Shown: one piece after another, positions 1 through 12,897 of the stretch | Numbering within the stretch: position 1 is the first letter of the stretch | How the letters are laid out: each line of letters begins with the position of its first letter | Assembly: GCA_964016885.1 (NCBI GenBank) | Contig: OZ024741.1 | Coordinates: 366,730,001 to 366,794,000, forward strand | Reading direction: 5' to 3' | Length of the DNA stretch: 64,000 nt | DNA from: Eledone cirrhosa | Lineage: Eukaryota | Notes under the pieces: model-generated | The model's database searches: none | What the model was told of the DNA's origin: nothing | Seen by the model: only the letters and a program-made list of their open reading frames with translations | Made by a program: the position numbers and the translations under genes

Positions 1-1570
1 TTATGATTACACGATATAATTAATTCCTGTCGTTTATTTAATAAGATATCCTTAGACTTCATTATTTCAAATAGTTCTTGGGAACATAATCTACATTCCT
101 TTCTATTATTTTGATAAGGGGTGGCTCTTTTGAGCACACTCCAGGTCAAATCATATTTTATATTCTTATTTTTATAACTATTGATTTTTTCTGCTAGAGA
201 TGTTGTATTAGCCAGTGCGGCATTTTTAAAACTATGCTTGTGGGTATTAAACCTTGTCTTAAAATTGTTAGAGGTAGCTCCTATATATGAGCAAATAGAA
301 TCTTTAGTTATAACATTACATTTATAGACTATGTTGTTAACAAGACAATTCCCTTTTAATGGGCAGTTTGCTTTGTTTCTACAGTTACATCCTTTCGTTA
401 ATTCTGTATTTGAGGAGATATTATGGTTAATTTGATGTACTGGTGGTATACTTATGGTTTTTTTACATTTATATGCATTATATGCACTTATATTTTGTTT
501 TATGTTATTTGTTGTAGAGTATGAGAATTTAACTGTAGACCTATTTAAGATTTGATGGTATTTGTGGTTTGGCGGGAAGTTTTTCTCAAGGATATAAAAA
601 AATTTTTTAGCAATATTATCCTTAACTTGTAAATTAAAAGGAGCATTATACCAAGTAACTCGTCTATTACGGTTTCTATGTTGTTTATTATTTTTATTAT
701 TTTTATAGGTTGTATCGTGATTTTTACTAGGAGGATTAATGTTAATGATCTCACCACAACTATTTTTAGTTATATTTGTAGATTTAGGTGTTTTATCTTT
801 TTTATTAGGAGTTTTATTATTAATATTTATTATAGTTGTATGATGAGTAGTTTTTTGAGGGTTACTATACTTTATATTAGAAGATTTAGTATTTTGGGGT
901 ATATTGTGGGTGGCATTTAGGTGTGTACTTTTCATTTGGTGTTTGTTGGTAATATTATGCTGTATGCTTTCAGTATTTTTAGTAGAAGGTATATACTCTA
1001 ATCTATTTTTGTGGCCACTTCTATCTAGAGCTTCATTATAAAAGGTCGCATTTTTATCAAATACATCTTGGTTAGAAGAAAGGTTAGAAATTCTAAGTGA
1101 TATATTATATGCAAGGTTTTTAAGGATAGATTTAGGGTGATTAGATTGTGAGTGTATGTAATGTAAGTTTTGGTTAGGTTTATGGTAAGGTTGGTAGATA
1201 CCCGTAGCTAAATCTAAAGTTATATCTAGGAAATTTACTACTTTACTTGTTTTTTCAAAAGTAATATTAAGATTATAATAGTCTTTAAGGAAAGTTCTAA
1301 TATGTTTTTTGTTTTTTTCGATTTCTGAAAGGCTAAGGTTGTTAGAAAGAAGAAGACAGTCATCACGATATAAACCACCTTTGAGGTGGGGAAAAGAGGC
1401 ATTTATGTTGAAAAGGAGAAAGAGGCCCACAAGATCAGTAATTTGGGCGGAATCGCTTGAACCCATAGTAATATCAAAAAGATTACTGTATGTGTTTCTG
1501 GTCCAGTATTCATTCTGAAATTCAATAAGTGTTAGTCTAGCATGTGTAATAATGTTAATGTCATCCGAAG
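1..1570 (-). mobile_element. Penelope-like retroelement (Naiad-like), 5'-truncated; open RT/thumb/Zn-finger/GIY-YIG ORF running off the window edge
   Basis: Manual minus-strand translation has no stop from ~1570 to 1. Motifs: FDITMGSSDSAQITDLVG, GLYRDD (RT catalytic), VNFLDITLDL, YHKPN..YIHSQSNHP, RRVTWYNAPF, CNCRNKANCPLKGNC (CxCx5Cx5C), VYKC..SYIGATSNNFKTRFNTH (GIY-YIG), CRLCSQE..LLNKRQE...CNH. Confidence 0.92.
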
Positions 1571-2303
1571 TTTTTAAAAATGCCGCACTGGCTAATACAA
1601 CATCTCTAGCAGAAAAAATCAATAGTTATAAAAATAAGAATATAAAATATGATTTGACCTGGAGTGTGCTCAAAAGAGCCACCCCTTATCAAAATAATAG
1701 AAAGGAATGTAGATTATGTTCCCAAGAACTATTTGAAATAATGAAGTCTAAGGATATCTTATTAAATAAACGACAGGAATTAATTATATCGTGTAATCAT
1801 AAACTAAAAAAAACATTTAAATATTATAAACCTAATTAATAACATTATTCTAGAAATTAATTTAATTTAAATGTTAGTTAACCTATAAATTTAATTTAAT
1901 TAATATTTTATTACAGATGAGAATATAAAATATTATGTAATCATAAATTGTGAAAAACCTTTAAATATTACTAATATATACTTAGTAATTTAATTTATAG
2001 ATTAATTTTAATTTATTTAAACCTTTTATTATAACTCTTTTACAGATAAAATATAACAAAATAATATCGTGTATCCAATGACAGAGAAATAATTTTTAGT
2101 ATTATAGACCTAATTAATATACATTTTGGAAATATATTTATTATTTGGTTTTAGTTTTAATCAACCTAAAAATTGTATTTTTAATTTGCTTAAAATTAGT
2201 ATCCTTATACAGACGAATTGCAGAATGTCATGTAATCATAGAATGTGATGTGTTTTGGATATATACCTAGTTAATATATTCTGTGCAATTTTTTGAAAAA
2301 GAT

Positions 2304-2372
2304 ATGTATATGTATATGTGTATGTGTATGTGTGTGTGTGTATGTGTATCTGTATGTATGTATATATGTGTA

Positions 2373-2409
<37 letters not shown>

Positions 2410-3535
2410 ATATGTATGTATATGTGTATGTGTATGTATATGTATATGTATGCGTATTAATTTTGATTTCTATTTGCATATAATTATATTATGCTATTGA
2501 TGAAATAAAATATCTGCTTTATGTATTGTATACCTAATTAACATATACTAATTAACATATACTATTGAAATAAATATATAATTTTTAATTTAGTTAACAT
2601 ATAATTTATATGCTACTACCGATGTAATACTTTATTTTATTTTTATTTGGGTTTCTTTTCCCTATTACTAAATTCATTTCCTAATATTGATACCATAACG
2701 TTATTAACTTTAATTTAGTTATACTGTAATTAATAATCTACTACTGTTTGACTTCAAAATTCTGCTTCAAATATTATAAACCTAACTAATTTACACATTA
2801 GAAATCAATATGTTGACTATCTTTGGTTTAGTTAACATATGATTAATGGTATACTTATTTATTTTGAGATGCATAGATTTTGCCTTAGTTCTTGTTTGTC
2901 GTATTTCCTAGCACTGAAAATATGTAAGAACATACATTGAATAAAGATACGGAAAATATTATATGTTTCTTGAAACATATATTTACTTTGATCCCCTTCT
3001 CCAAACCCCCCCTTTCCCCCATACTATTATCATCTGTATTTGTAAGCGTCTATGTATGAATATATATGTAGGTAGGTGTCTATATAGGTTTGGGTATTTA
3101 TATCTAAATATAAAAATACATATATGCGCATGCAAATATGAATGTAAGATTGCGTGTGTATATATGAGTGTACATATGTATGTATATGTATGTATATATA
3201 TGCATTATATATGTATGTGTATGTGAATGTGTTGTATGTATATGTGTATGTATGTGTATATATGTGTATGTATGTGTATGCTTGTATATATAGGAATATA
3301 TATATGTATATATATGTATGTATATGTATATGCGTATGTATGTATGTATGTGTATGTGTGTTGTATATATATGTATGTCTCTCTATTTATATGTTTATCT
3401 TCGTATCTATGTGATATATGTGTGTGTGTGTGCACGTATGCATATGTATGTGTTTGTGTGTGTTTGTATGTGTGTGTGTATATATGTGTATGTGCGCACA
3501 CACACATACGCATATATATATGTGAGTGTGTATAT

Positions 3536-3600
<65 letters not shown>

Positions 3601-3711
3601 GATATATATATATATATATAGGTGTCTATGTGTGAATATATGTCTTTATTCGTATGTGTGTATTTATGTATGTATATGTTTATGTGTATGTATGTATGTG
3701 TATGTATGTAT

Positions 3712-3743
<32 letters not shown>

Positions 3744-3895
3744 GTATATATATATATGTATATTATTCTTTATTATTATAATATAACTTATGTGTATATG
3801 TGTATAAGTTGAGTTTGTGTATGTGTATATAATATGTGTATATATAAGTGTAAAAAAATATATATATATATATATATGTGCATGTCTGTTTTTTA

Positions 3896-3948
<53 letters not shown>

Positions 3949-4063
3949 GTGTGTATATATATATATATATATATATATGTGGGTGTTTGTATGTGTATTT
4001 ATGGTGGTATGAGTGTGTGGATATATATGTTTATATATATATATATATATATGTATGAGTGTA

Positions 4064-4108
<45 letters not shown>

Positions 4109-4409
4109 ATATATATGTGTATATATATATATGTGTATATATGTGTGTATATATATATATCTCTGTTAATGCGTGTGTGTATGTATATACATATGCCTTT
4201 TTATTATTATTTTTATTTGTATGTCTGAGTTAGGTGAGGTTGTAGTGTTTTTTATGTATATACACATATATGGAAGCGTATGTATTTATATATATGAGTA
4301 TAAGTAGGTGCATATGTATGTATGATTATATATCTAATTCTATGTATGAATGTACATCTATATATATATGTGTGTATGTAAGCTGTGTGTGTATGTATCT
4401 ATATGTCTA

Positions 4410-4460
<51 letters not shown>

Positions 4461-4549
4461 CGATGTGCGTATATGTATGTACATGTATGTACATGTATGT
4501 GTGTATGTATGTGTATGTACATTTAGATGTATGTGTATGTATATGTATA

Positions 4550-4594
<45 letters not shown>

Positions 4595-4830
4595 ATATGT
4601 ATATGGATATATATCTTTATTATTTATTTTTTATATATATGTGTATGTGTGTATGTGTTGCGTGTGTGTGTGTGTGTATATATATATCTTTATATATGTG
4701 TATGTGTATGTTCGTGTAAGTGTATGTGTGTGTATGACTGTATATGTATGTGTGTATGTGTGTATGCGTAAATATTTCTATGTGCGCGTACATGTATGTA
4801 TGTATATATATCTGTATGTGTATGTATATT
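2304..4830. repeat. Degenerate (TA)n/(TG)n/(TATG)n microsatellite fields
   Basis: Direct inspection; these are the source of the spurious YI/VC/MY ORFs. Confidence 0.95.
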
Positions 4831-5413
4831 ATATTATATTTATTATATTTTATTGTTTTATTTTTTTATTTTTCTTAATTTATAGATACATTTATATTAG
4901 GCAGTCTGCTCAGACAATTGAATACTGACCCCTCCCCCCCCTCCCACCTAATTTCTGTATCTTGATCTTGAAATGTGTGTGCCAAGTGTTTTATGTGAGT
5001 GATTTAATATCCATGTGTTTATGATTTTATATCCACATATATAAATGTGAGTGGGGGTGTGTGTGTGTTTGTATGTTCGTGGTTATGTGTATATTTATGC
5101 ATATACGCGCATGTATGTGTGATTATACTGATATGTGTGAGTATGAAAAAAAATATATTTATATGCTTGACTCCATAAGTATCAATGCGCATCTTATCAG
5201 CGCATTTTAAGCTTACAGAGATATTAACCTTGAAATTTTGTGTTTGCATCCATCTTTTTAGTATGCGTATACAAGTTATACATACATTTTTGTAAAATAT
5301 GTGTAAGGATTTTACATGTATATACACACACCGAACTGCTTTTAACCCTTTGTGTTTTCATTGGTCAATTTTGAACTGATATTTTGAATTGTTGTTATTA
5401 TCAATAAATATAC

Positions 5414-5568
5414 TTCATTATTTCTGAAGACGGCGTATATATGTGTTAGGTATGTATATTTAATCTTGATAATTTGTATAATTTTGTATAATTTTGTACA
5501 TAGATCTGTTGAATATGCATACCAATTATAACACATATATACCCTAGAAACGATCGTTAAATAATGAA
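5414..5568 (+). ncRNA. Type I hammerhead ribozyme motif with ~115-nt stem II
   Basis: Stem I ttcattattt(5414-23)/aaataatgaa(5559-68) is a perfect 10 bp. Core CTGAAGA 5424-30. Stem II gtatatatgtgtta/taacacatatatac plus ggtatgtatatt/aatatgcatacc. GAAA 5547-50, palindromic stem III c-gatc-g, GUU site. Confidence 0.75.
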
Positions 5569-5781
5569 CTTTTTTTGTTTAATATAAGGAATTGTTTATT
5601 CATTATTTATTTAATATTTTATCTTGACTCTGTATACCGTTTATCTTTCACCGAAAGTGGATTTTCATTACATCTCTTCTTTCCATGATATCCGGAATAC
5701 ATTGAGTTCTTCATACGGATTGGACACTACCATAAACTCTTGGTAGATTTATCTACATATATTTATATATGTATATATATG

Positions 5782-5812
<31 letters not shown>

Positions 5813-5814
5813 GC

Positions 5815-5847
<33 letters not shown>

Positions 5848-5913
5848 TGCATATATATATATATTTATATATATATATGCATATATATATATATATTTAT
5901 ATAGATATATAGA

Positions 5914-5985
<72 letters not shown>

Positions 5986-6053
5986 TATATATATATATGA
6001 TGATTTCAAATGAATGAAACAGTTCTAGTCCTGTAGAATCTCATCTATATTAA

Positions 6054-6456
<403 letters not shown>

Positions 6457-6552
6457 TGTATATATATGCATGTATACATATATGTTCGTGTGTACATGCT
6501 TATTTGTATAACATGTGTATATATATGTGTGTGTGTATTATTTCGCAATAAG

Positions 6553-6745
6553 TAGGCCCGGGTTCGATTCCACAGCGTGACATCTTGAGAAATTGTCATT
6601 TACCATAGCTTCCTATAAAATTACTTTAAGAGTACACGTATCTGTGGAATGCTCGGCCACTTACACGTTAATTTCATGACCAGGTTGTTCCATTAATCAG
6701 AGAATTGGAGTCCTCATTGTTGTCGAAGCCGACGAAAGACCATTC
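6553..6745 (+). mobile_element. tRNA-derived SINE fragment (second family)
   Basis: B-box-like GGTTCGATTCC at ~6560 followed by a SINE-like body; decayed. Confidence 0.5.
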
Positions 6746-6813
6746 CACATATATATATATAATATCTGTATACATTCATACCTAGACACACATGCGCACA
6801 TAGACACACACAA

Positions 6814-6887
<74 letters not shown>

Positions 6888-6985
6888 AATGTAGAAAAGT
6901 GACACACGAGTTGATATATATAAACAAATAGTAAAAAGGAAAAAATTCAGTAGAAAATGGTAGAGATTTTTTTCAGTATAATATC

Positions 6986-7029
6986 AAAATATTTATTTAT
7001 AAAGTGGGTTGTTATTTCCGTTTGCCTTT

Positions 7030-7110
<81 letters not shown>

Positions 7111-7166
7111 ATATGTATGTAAAAGGCAAACGGAAATAACAACCCACTTTATAAATAAATATTTTA

Positions 7167-7199
<33 letters not shown>

Positions 7200-7242
7200 C
7201 TGCATATATATCTATGTTTGTCTCTCTTTATTATATTTATTA

Positions 7243-7310
<68 letters not shown>

Positions 7311-7352
7311 TAATAAATATAATAAAGAGAGACAAACATAGATATATATGCA

Positions 7353-7355
<3 letters not shown>
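6986..7355. repeat. Two perfect ~50-bp inverted repeats, each centred on (TA)n
   Basis: 6986-7035/7116-7165 and 7198-7246/7307-7355 are exact reverse complements. Confidence 0.9.
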
Positions 7356-7396
<41 letters not shown>

Positions 7397-7397
7397 T

Positions 7398-7616
7398 TGC
7401 AGTCAAATCACAAGAGACGTAAACCGTCAGGGTGAAGAAAATATTGACTAAAGATAATACGGTTCACAAGACTCAATTAAAAGGATAAATTAAATAGTTA
7501 TCATAATCGGTTTGTAAATTTTAATTTATGCTTTTAATTGAGTTTTGTAAACTGTATTATCTTTAGTCAGTATTTTATTCACCCTGACGGTTTACGTCCC
7601 TTGTGATTTGACTGCA
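7398..7616. repeat. 97-bp-arm imperfect inverted repeat (hairpin)
   Basis: 7398-7494 vs 7520-7616; ~7 mismatches, no indels. Confidence 0.9.
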
Positions 7617-7754
7617 TATATGTATATATCTGTGTTTGTCTCTCTTTATTGGACTATAAGGCACGGAATTTTTTTTCCTTGAGCTATTTTGAGTATAAGG
7701 GACTATTGTGTGTTTTTAACTCAATATATACTTTTGATATATGTATATATATAT

Positions 7755-8283
<529 letters not shown>

Positions 8284-8680
8284 GGAGGGGGGTATATATA
8301 CACGGATATATTTTTCTATGTAATTAACCATCCATGAAATTGCTCTCGTATACACCTTTTATGCCTCTATTCTCTATCTAACTAACCACATATAACAATT
8401 CTTTGTTCTTTTTCTTTTCTTTGTCCAACACCTTTCATATCATTCCTCAAGAAATATATATTATAAATGCTTCTGCATATCTTTTAACCATCCATTTACC
8501 AATATTCCTTTTACTGACTTCAGTCATTGGATAACTATATTGCCTCTAATACTGACTGGTACTTATTTCCTCTTCTTTGTGGAGGATGAAATGAACAGTC
8601 GCTCTGGTGGGGATTTAAAATCATATAGCAAAAGGACATAACAAAATAGTACAAATATTTTGTTCGATGTGTATGCATAA

Positions 8681-8864
<184 letters not shown>

Positions 8865-8904
8865 ATGTATGAGTGTATACATGTATGTGTGTATGTATAG
8901 GTTT

Positions 8905-9190
8905 GATTAAACGTGAACAAAGTCATATAAGTAGACATCATGTAGATTATGATCTGAAAAGGTGTAAGGAATGTGGCAAGGAATGTGCTAGCATGGGAGG
9001 TTTTAAAAGACACATGAGAACACACAGCCAGAACAAAGGAATGGAAAGTCCCAGAAGAGCCTACAGTTGCCATGTATGAACCAGAGGGTGCAAGTCTTTG
9101 GCTGATTTAAAGACCCACATCCGTTCCTCACATTTTTTAGCCTTTTATCGGGTGATGGCAATGCTTGAACACGAGTTTGCAGCCATCACA
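8905..9190 (+). mobile_element. RTE-clade LINE 3' end with C-terminal zinc fingers
   Basis: CKECGKECASMGGFKRHMRTH...SCHV*TRGCKSLADLKTH. The 3' tail 'cacgagtttgcagcca' resembles the minus-strand copy at 52690-52850. Confidence 0.6.
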
Positions 9191-9397
9191 TATAGGTTAT
9201 TATATGTATGTGACCCATTGGTTCACGTTGACTTTAACATTTTTTTTTTAAATCCTGTTCACTTAAAAATAATTTTTAAATAATGAAAATATACACAGAC
9301 ATATATACAATGTAAAATGAAATTGGAAGGCCCATATATAGGTGTGTGGCGAGGTGTCTATGACCTATATACACTGGTCACAGACACACATATGTAT

Positions 9398-9428
<31 letters not shown>

Positions 9429-9838
9429 AACACACATATATACACAACAACACCCCAGCTCTCTCTCTCTATGTCTCTCTTTTTTAATCTATACTCTCAC
9501 AGCCACTATCTCTTTCTCTCTATCCTTCTCTCTCTCTCTCTCTCTTTCTCTCTGTTTATGAAGGTACCCAGAAAACCCCATATCTCAGGTACCCGTGCTT
9601 CGATTTACGCGAAACTTGTTTTATTCCATTTGTATTATCATTTCAGGGGCAACTTCCTTGCAAAGTATTTTCCCATTATGCGCCCTTTTAGCTGTATTAC
9701 ATTACAGACAAGCAAGCAAGCAAGCAAGCAATCACAGAGTCTTAGTAATATATTGATAGATAGATATCAAACGTTAAACTAATATATTTCTTAATTGTAC
9801 TGTATTGTTTTCTTTGTTATTTCCGTTTACTTTTCTCA

Positions 9839-9950
<112 letters not shown>

Positions 9951-9971
9951 TGTATGTGTGTCTGTGCCTGT

Positions 9972-10018
<47 letters not shown>

Positions 10019-10374
10019 TGTCTGTCTGTCTGTCTGTGTGTCTGTCTGTGTGTCTGTCTGTGTGTCTGTGTGTCTGTGTGTCTGTGTGTCTGTGTGTCTG
10101 TGTGTCTGTGTGTGTGTCTGTGTGTGTCTGTGTCTGTCTCTGTGTCTGTCTCTGTGTGTTTGTGCGCGCACATGTCTCTTCCGGAAGACTGAAAGTCGTG
10201 GGGTGATCATAGGCCAAATTTAAAATCAGACAACAAGGAGACGTAACATAGACGTAACAAAGTAATACAAGTTCTATGTGTATAAGTAGATCTAGAAACA
10301 TTATGCTGTATTGATCACCACATAACGCTGAGACAGTGACACCCGTAGATATCAATTCTCTTGCATGTAGCGCA

Positions 10375-11930
10375 ATATACGCTTAGCATGAGCCTTAGCC
10401 TTTTTAAAACTTTCTTCTAGTTGACGTCGCCTTCATCCTACTAAGCCTTTTTTCAATATTTCCATCCTGATGGCATTCTTCTTCAACAATAATGCTTTCA
10501 TCTGATCATTTTCATCAAACTAATCCCTATAGAAATATAGCTTTTCTTTGTGCTGCAGGGAAAATTCTCGCATCAATCATGCTTTCAAAACTAAATAACA
10601 TATCAAACTTGATCTAACCAGAATCACAATGTGTCTTTCAACTCCAAAAGAAATACTTTTGATATGCTCTTTACAGCATGCCAAATTCAAAAAAGGTTAT
10701 TACGAACAACAACAGAACCTGTATTTGTGGATTTAACAAAAGGCTTTGATACAATGAACAGTGTTGCTGTGTGGGAGATCCTTGTCAGGTTATGGTGCCC
10801 GGAATACTTTGTTTATATAATCAAAAATTCATGACGACATGGAGACTCGGGTAAATACTGATGGTATCATTTCAGAGCCAAACAATGTTAAGCTGGGTGA
10901 TCTCATGGCTTCTACTCTTTTCTCTACTTATTTCTCTGTAGTTCTCATTGATGCCTTTAGGGACTGTAATGAAGGCATCTTCACCAGGTATAGCTTCCCC
11001 AAGAAAGCTTTTCAACATCAGGCGCTTTGCTGCAAAGACTAAAGTTTTCCAAACTCTCATTCGTTATCTTATTTACGCTGGTGATTGTGATCTTGCTGTC
11101 CAGTCACTCACAAATATGCGAAGCTTCATGAATAGATTAACTTATTCATGTAAAGCCTTTATATTAACTATTAGCCCAATGAAACTATAGTAATGTTTCA
11201 ACCTACACCGGGATTTCCTTATATAGAAACATCCATCTGGAAAATACAATTAAGCAGTGTTGCTCATTAGATGATGAAATAGCCACCTGTGTCAAAACAG
11301 CAACCGATTCTTTCGTAAGTCTTGGCTGTCGGAAGGGAGTTAGAAAAGAGACAAAAATTGCAGTATCCAATGCATCTGCCCTGTAGATTCTCTTATATTC
11401 CTGTGAGACCTGGGTTATCTATGGTATGCACATTAAACTCCTCGAAAGGTTTCACCAGCGTCACCTGCGTGACATTCTCTGGGTTCACTGGAGCACACAC
11501 AAAGCAGACACTGAAATATAATAAAATGCAGGTGTGTTGTCTATCGTAACCACATTAAACTCCTCGAAAGGTTTCACCAGCGTCGCTTGCGTGACATTCT
11601 CCGGGTTCACTGAAGTAGACACAAAGCAGACACTGAAATATTATAAAATACAGGTGTAGTCAGCATTGAAGCTCACATACACAAGCACCGACTCCAATGA
11701 GTAGGCCACGTTCTTAGATCTGACGACAGCAGTATCCCAAAGCAAGTCCTTCATGGCGAGTTGATACCTGGTATAAGACCATAAGACAAACTGAAACTGC
11801 GTTTCAATGATTGCGTGAAAGGTTCCTTAACACAATGCAAAATTGGCCCATCTTTCTGAGAGGTCATGACATTAAATAAAAAGTAGTGCACCGCTATATC
11901 TAATAAGACTCGTTCAGGAATCTGTTTCGG
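10375..11930 (+). mobile_element. Decayed RTE (BovB-like) LINE RT region with inverted 5' segment and internal ~123-bp tandem duplication
   Basis: FVDLTKGFDTMN..VWEILVRLWCPE, KLFNIRRFAAKTKV, YAGDC, IPKQVLHGEL. 10375-10520 reads FDEND.. on the minus strand. Duplication 11429-11537/11552-11659. Confidence 0.8.
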
Positions 11931-12034
11931 AATGAGCTAGCTTTAAGCGTGCAGCTAAGAAAGGCCAACATCAGGAGATCTCTCTATCTCTGTCTGTTTG
12001 CAATGTATGTGACCCAATATATCTCCTCAGAAAT

Positions 12035-12880
12035 CTCCTCAGAAATCGAGGTGGTCGGCAACTTATTGGAGGAATATGAAAGGTTGACAGGAGCAAAACT
12101 TAACCCGGAAAAGTCAGTGGGCTTGCAACTCGGCACCTGGAGAGGCTAGTCCATGCCGTCCAACAGCGTTGTCAGGCGCTGGACGGACGGACCTGTAAAG
12201 TTGCTAGGGGTTTGGTTCGGGCCAGACCTCCAGGTGGATAAGAATTGGGACGAGGTGACGGGCAGGGTAGTCAGTCTCACCCAGAAATGGGCTGGGATGA
12301 AGCTATCACTGAAAGGTCGGGCGGAGGTGGCGAACGCGTACATCGCGTCCGTCATCTACTACCGTCTGACTGTCGTCCCTTGCCACCGTTCGCGCCTCGC
12401 CATCTTGGAGCGGCTCCTCTTCAAATTCTTGTGGAGGGATCAGGTTCCGCTGGTGAGGCGGTCCATCTGCTGCCAGCACCCTCTACGTGGAGGGCTGGGC
12501 ATGCCGTGGCTAATGATACGCAGGCACGCGCTGAGGCTGCGGCATCTCCATATATTCTGACAAACGGTGAACAGGTGTGGTCGCCGTTTGTCAGACGGGC
12601 CTTTCCGCAGCTCGTTTCTTTGACTGAGTTGCAGTCCTGGGTCAAGAAGAGACCGAGACTGGGTGACTGGCATCTGGAATGTTGCCAGGCGCTCACTGCC
12701 CTCTACCAGGCGGGCAATGCGGTCAGGGGAATCTTTTCTTGTTGTAATTTTATTGTCACTTTATTGTTACTTTGTTATTGTTATTCATATTGTTTACTCG
12801 ATTTTTCTGTAAATCCCCACTGTCCCAGTCTTTTGTATTGTCCCCTATATGTCGGCCCTTGTGGCCAATAAATGAAATCA
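12035..12880 (+). mobile_element. Tx1-clade LINE, 5'-truncated and internally deleted, ending in (ATT)n
   Basis: GAKLNPEKS, GPVKLLGVWFG, LSLKGRAEVAN, GGLGMP; 3' end aataaatgaaatc followed by (ATT)n. Confidence 0.9.
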
Positions 12881-12897
12881 TTATTATTATTATTATT

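Larger units (their letters stand above)
1572..5755 (+). mobile_element. Inverted 3' copy (pLTR) of the same PLE: ORF end plus long microsatellite-rich 3' region ending after a hammerhead
   Basis: 1572-1802 is the exact reverse complement of 1-231. The frame ends KKTFKYYKPN* at 1839, and degenerate 'tgtaatcata' subrepeats follow. HHR at 5414-5568, then (TA)n from ~5757. Continuity through 2300-5300 is inferred. Confidence 0.6.

Noticed and set aside
340-395. Selenoprotein-type Naiad
   Set aside because: All finger cysteines are TGT/TGC, and there is no in-frame TGA in the visible ORF.
8940-9130. Host C2H2 zinc-finger gene exon
   Set aside because: It has an in-frame stop, no TGEKP linker, and a tail shared with the RTE 3' end at 52.7 kb.
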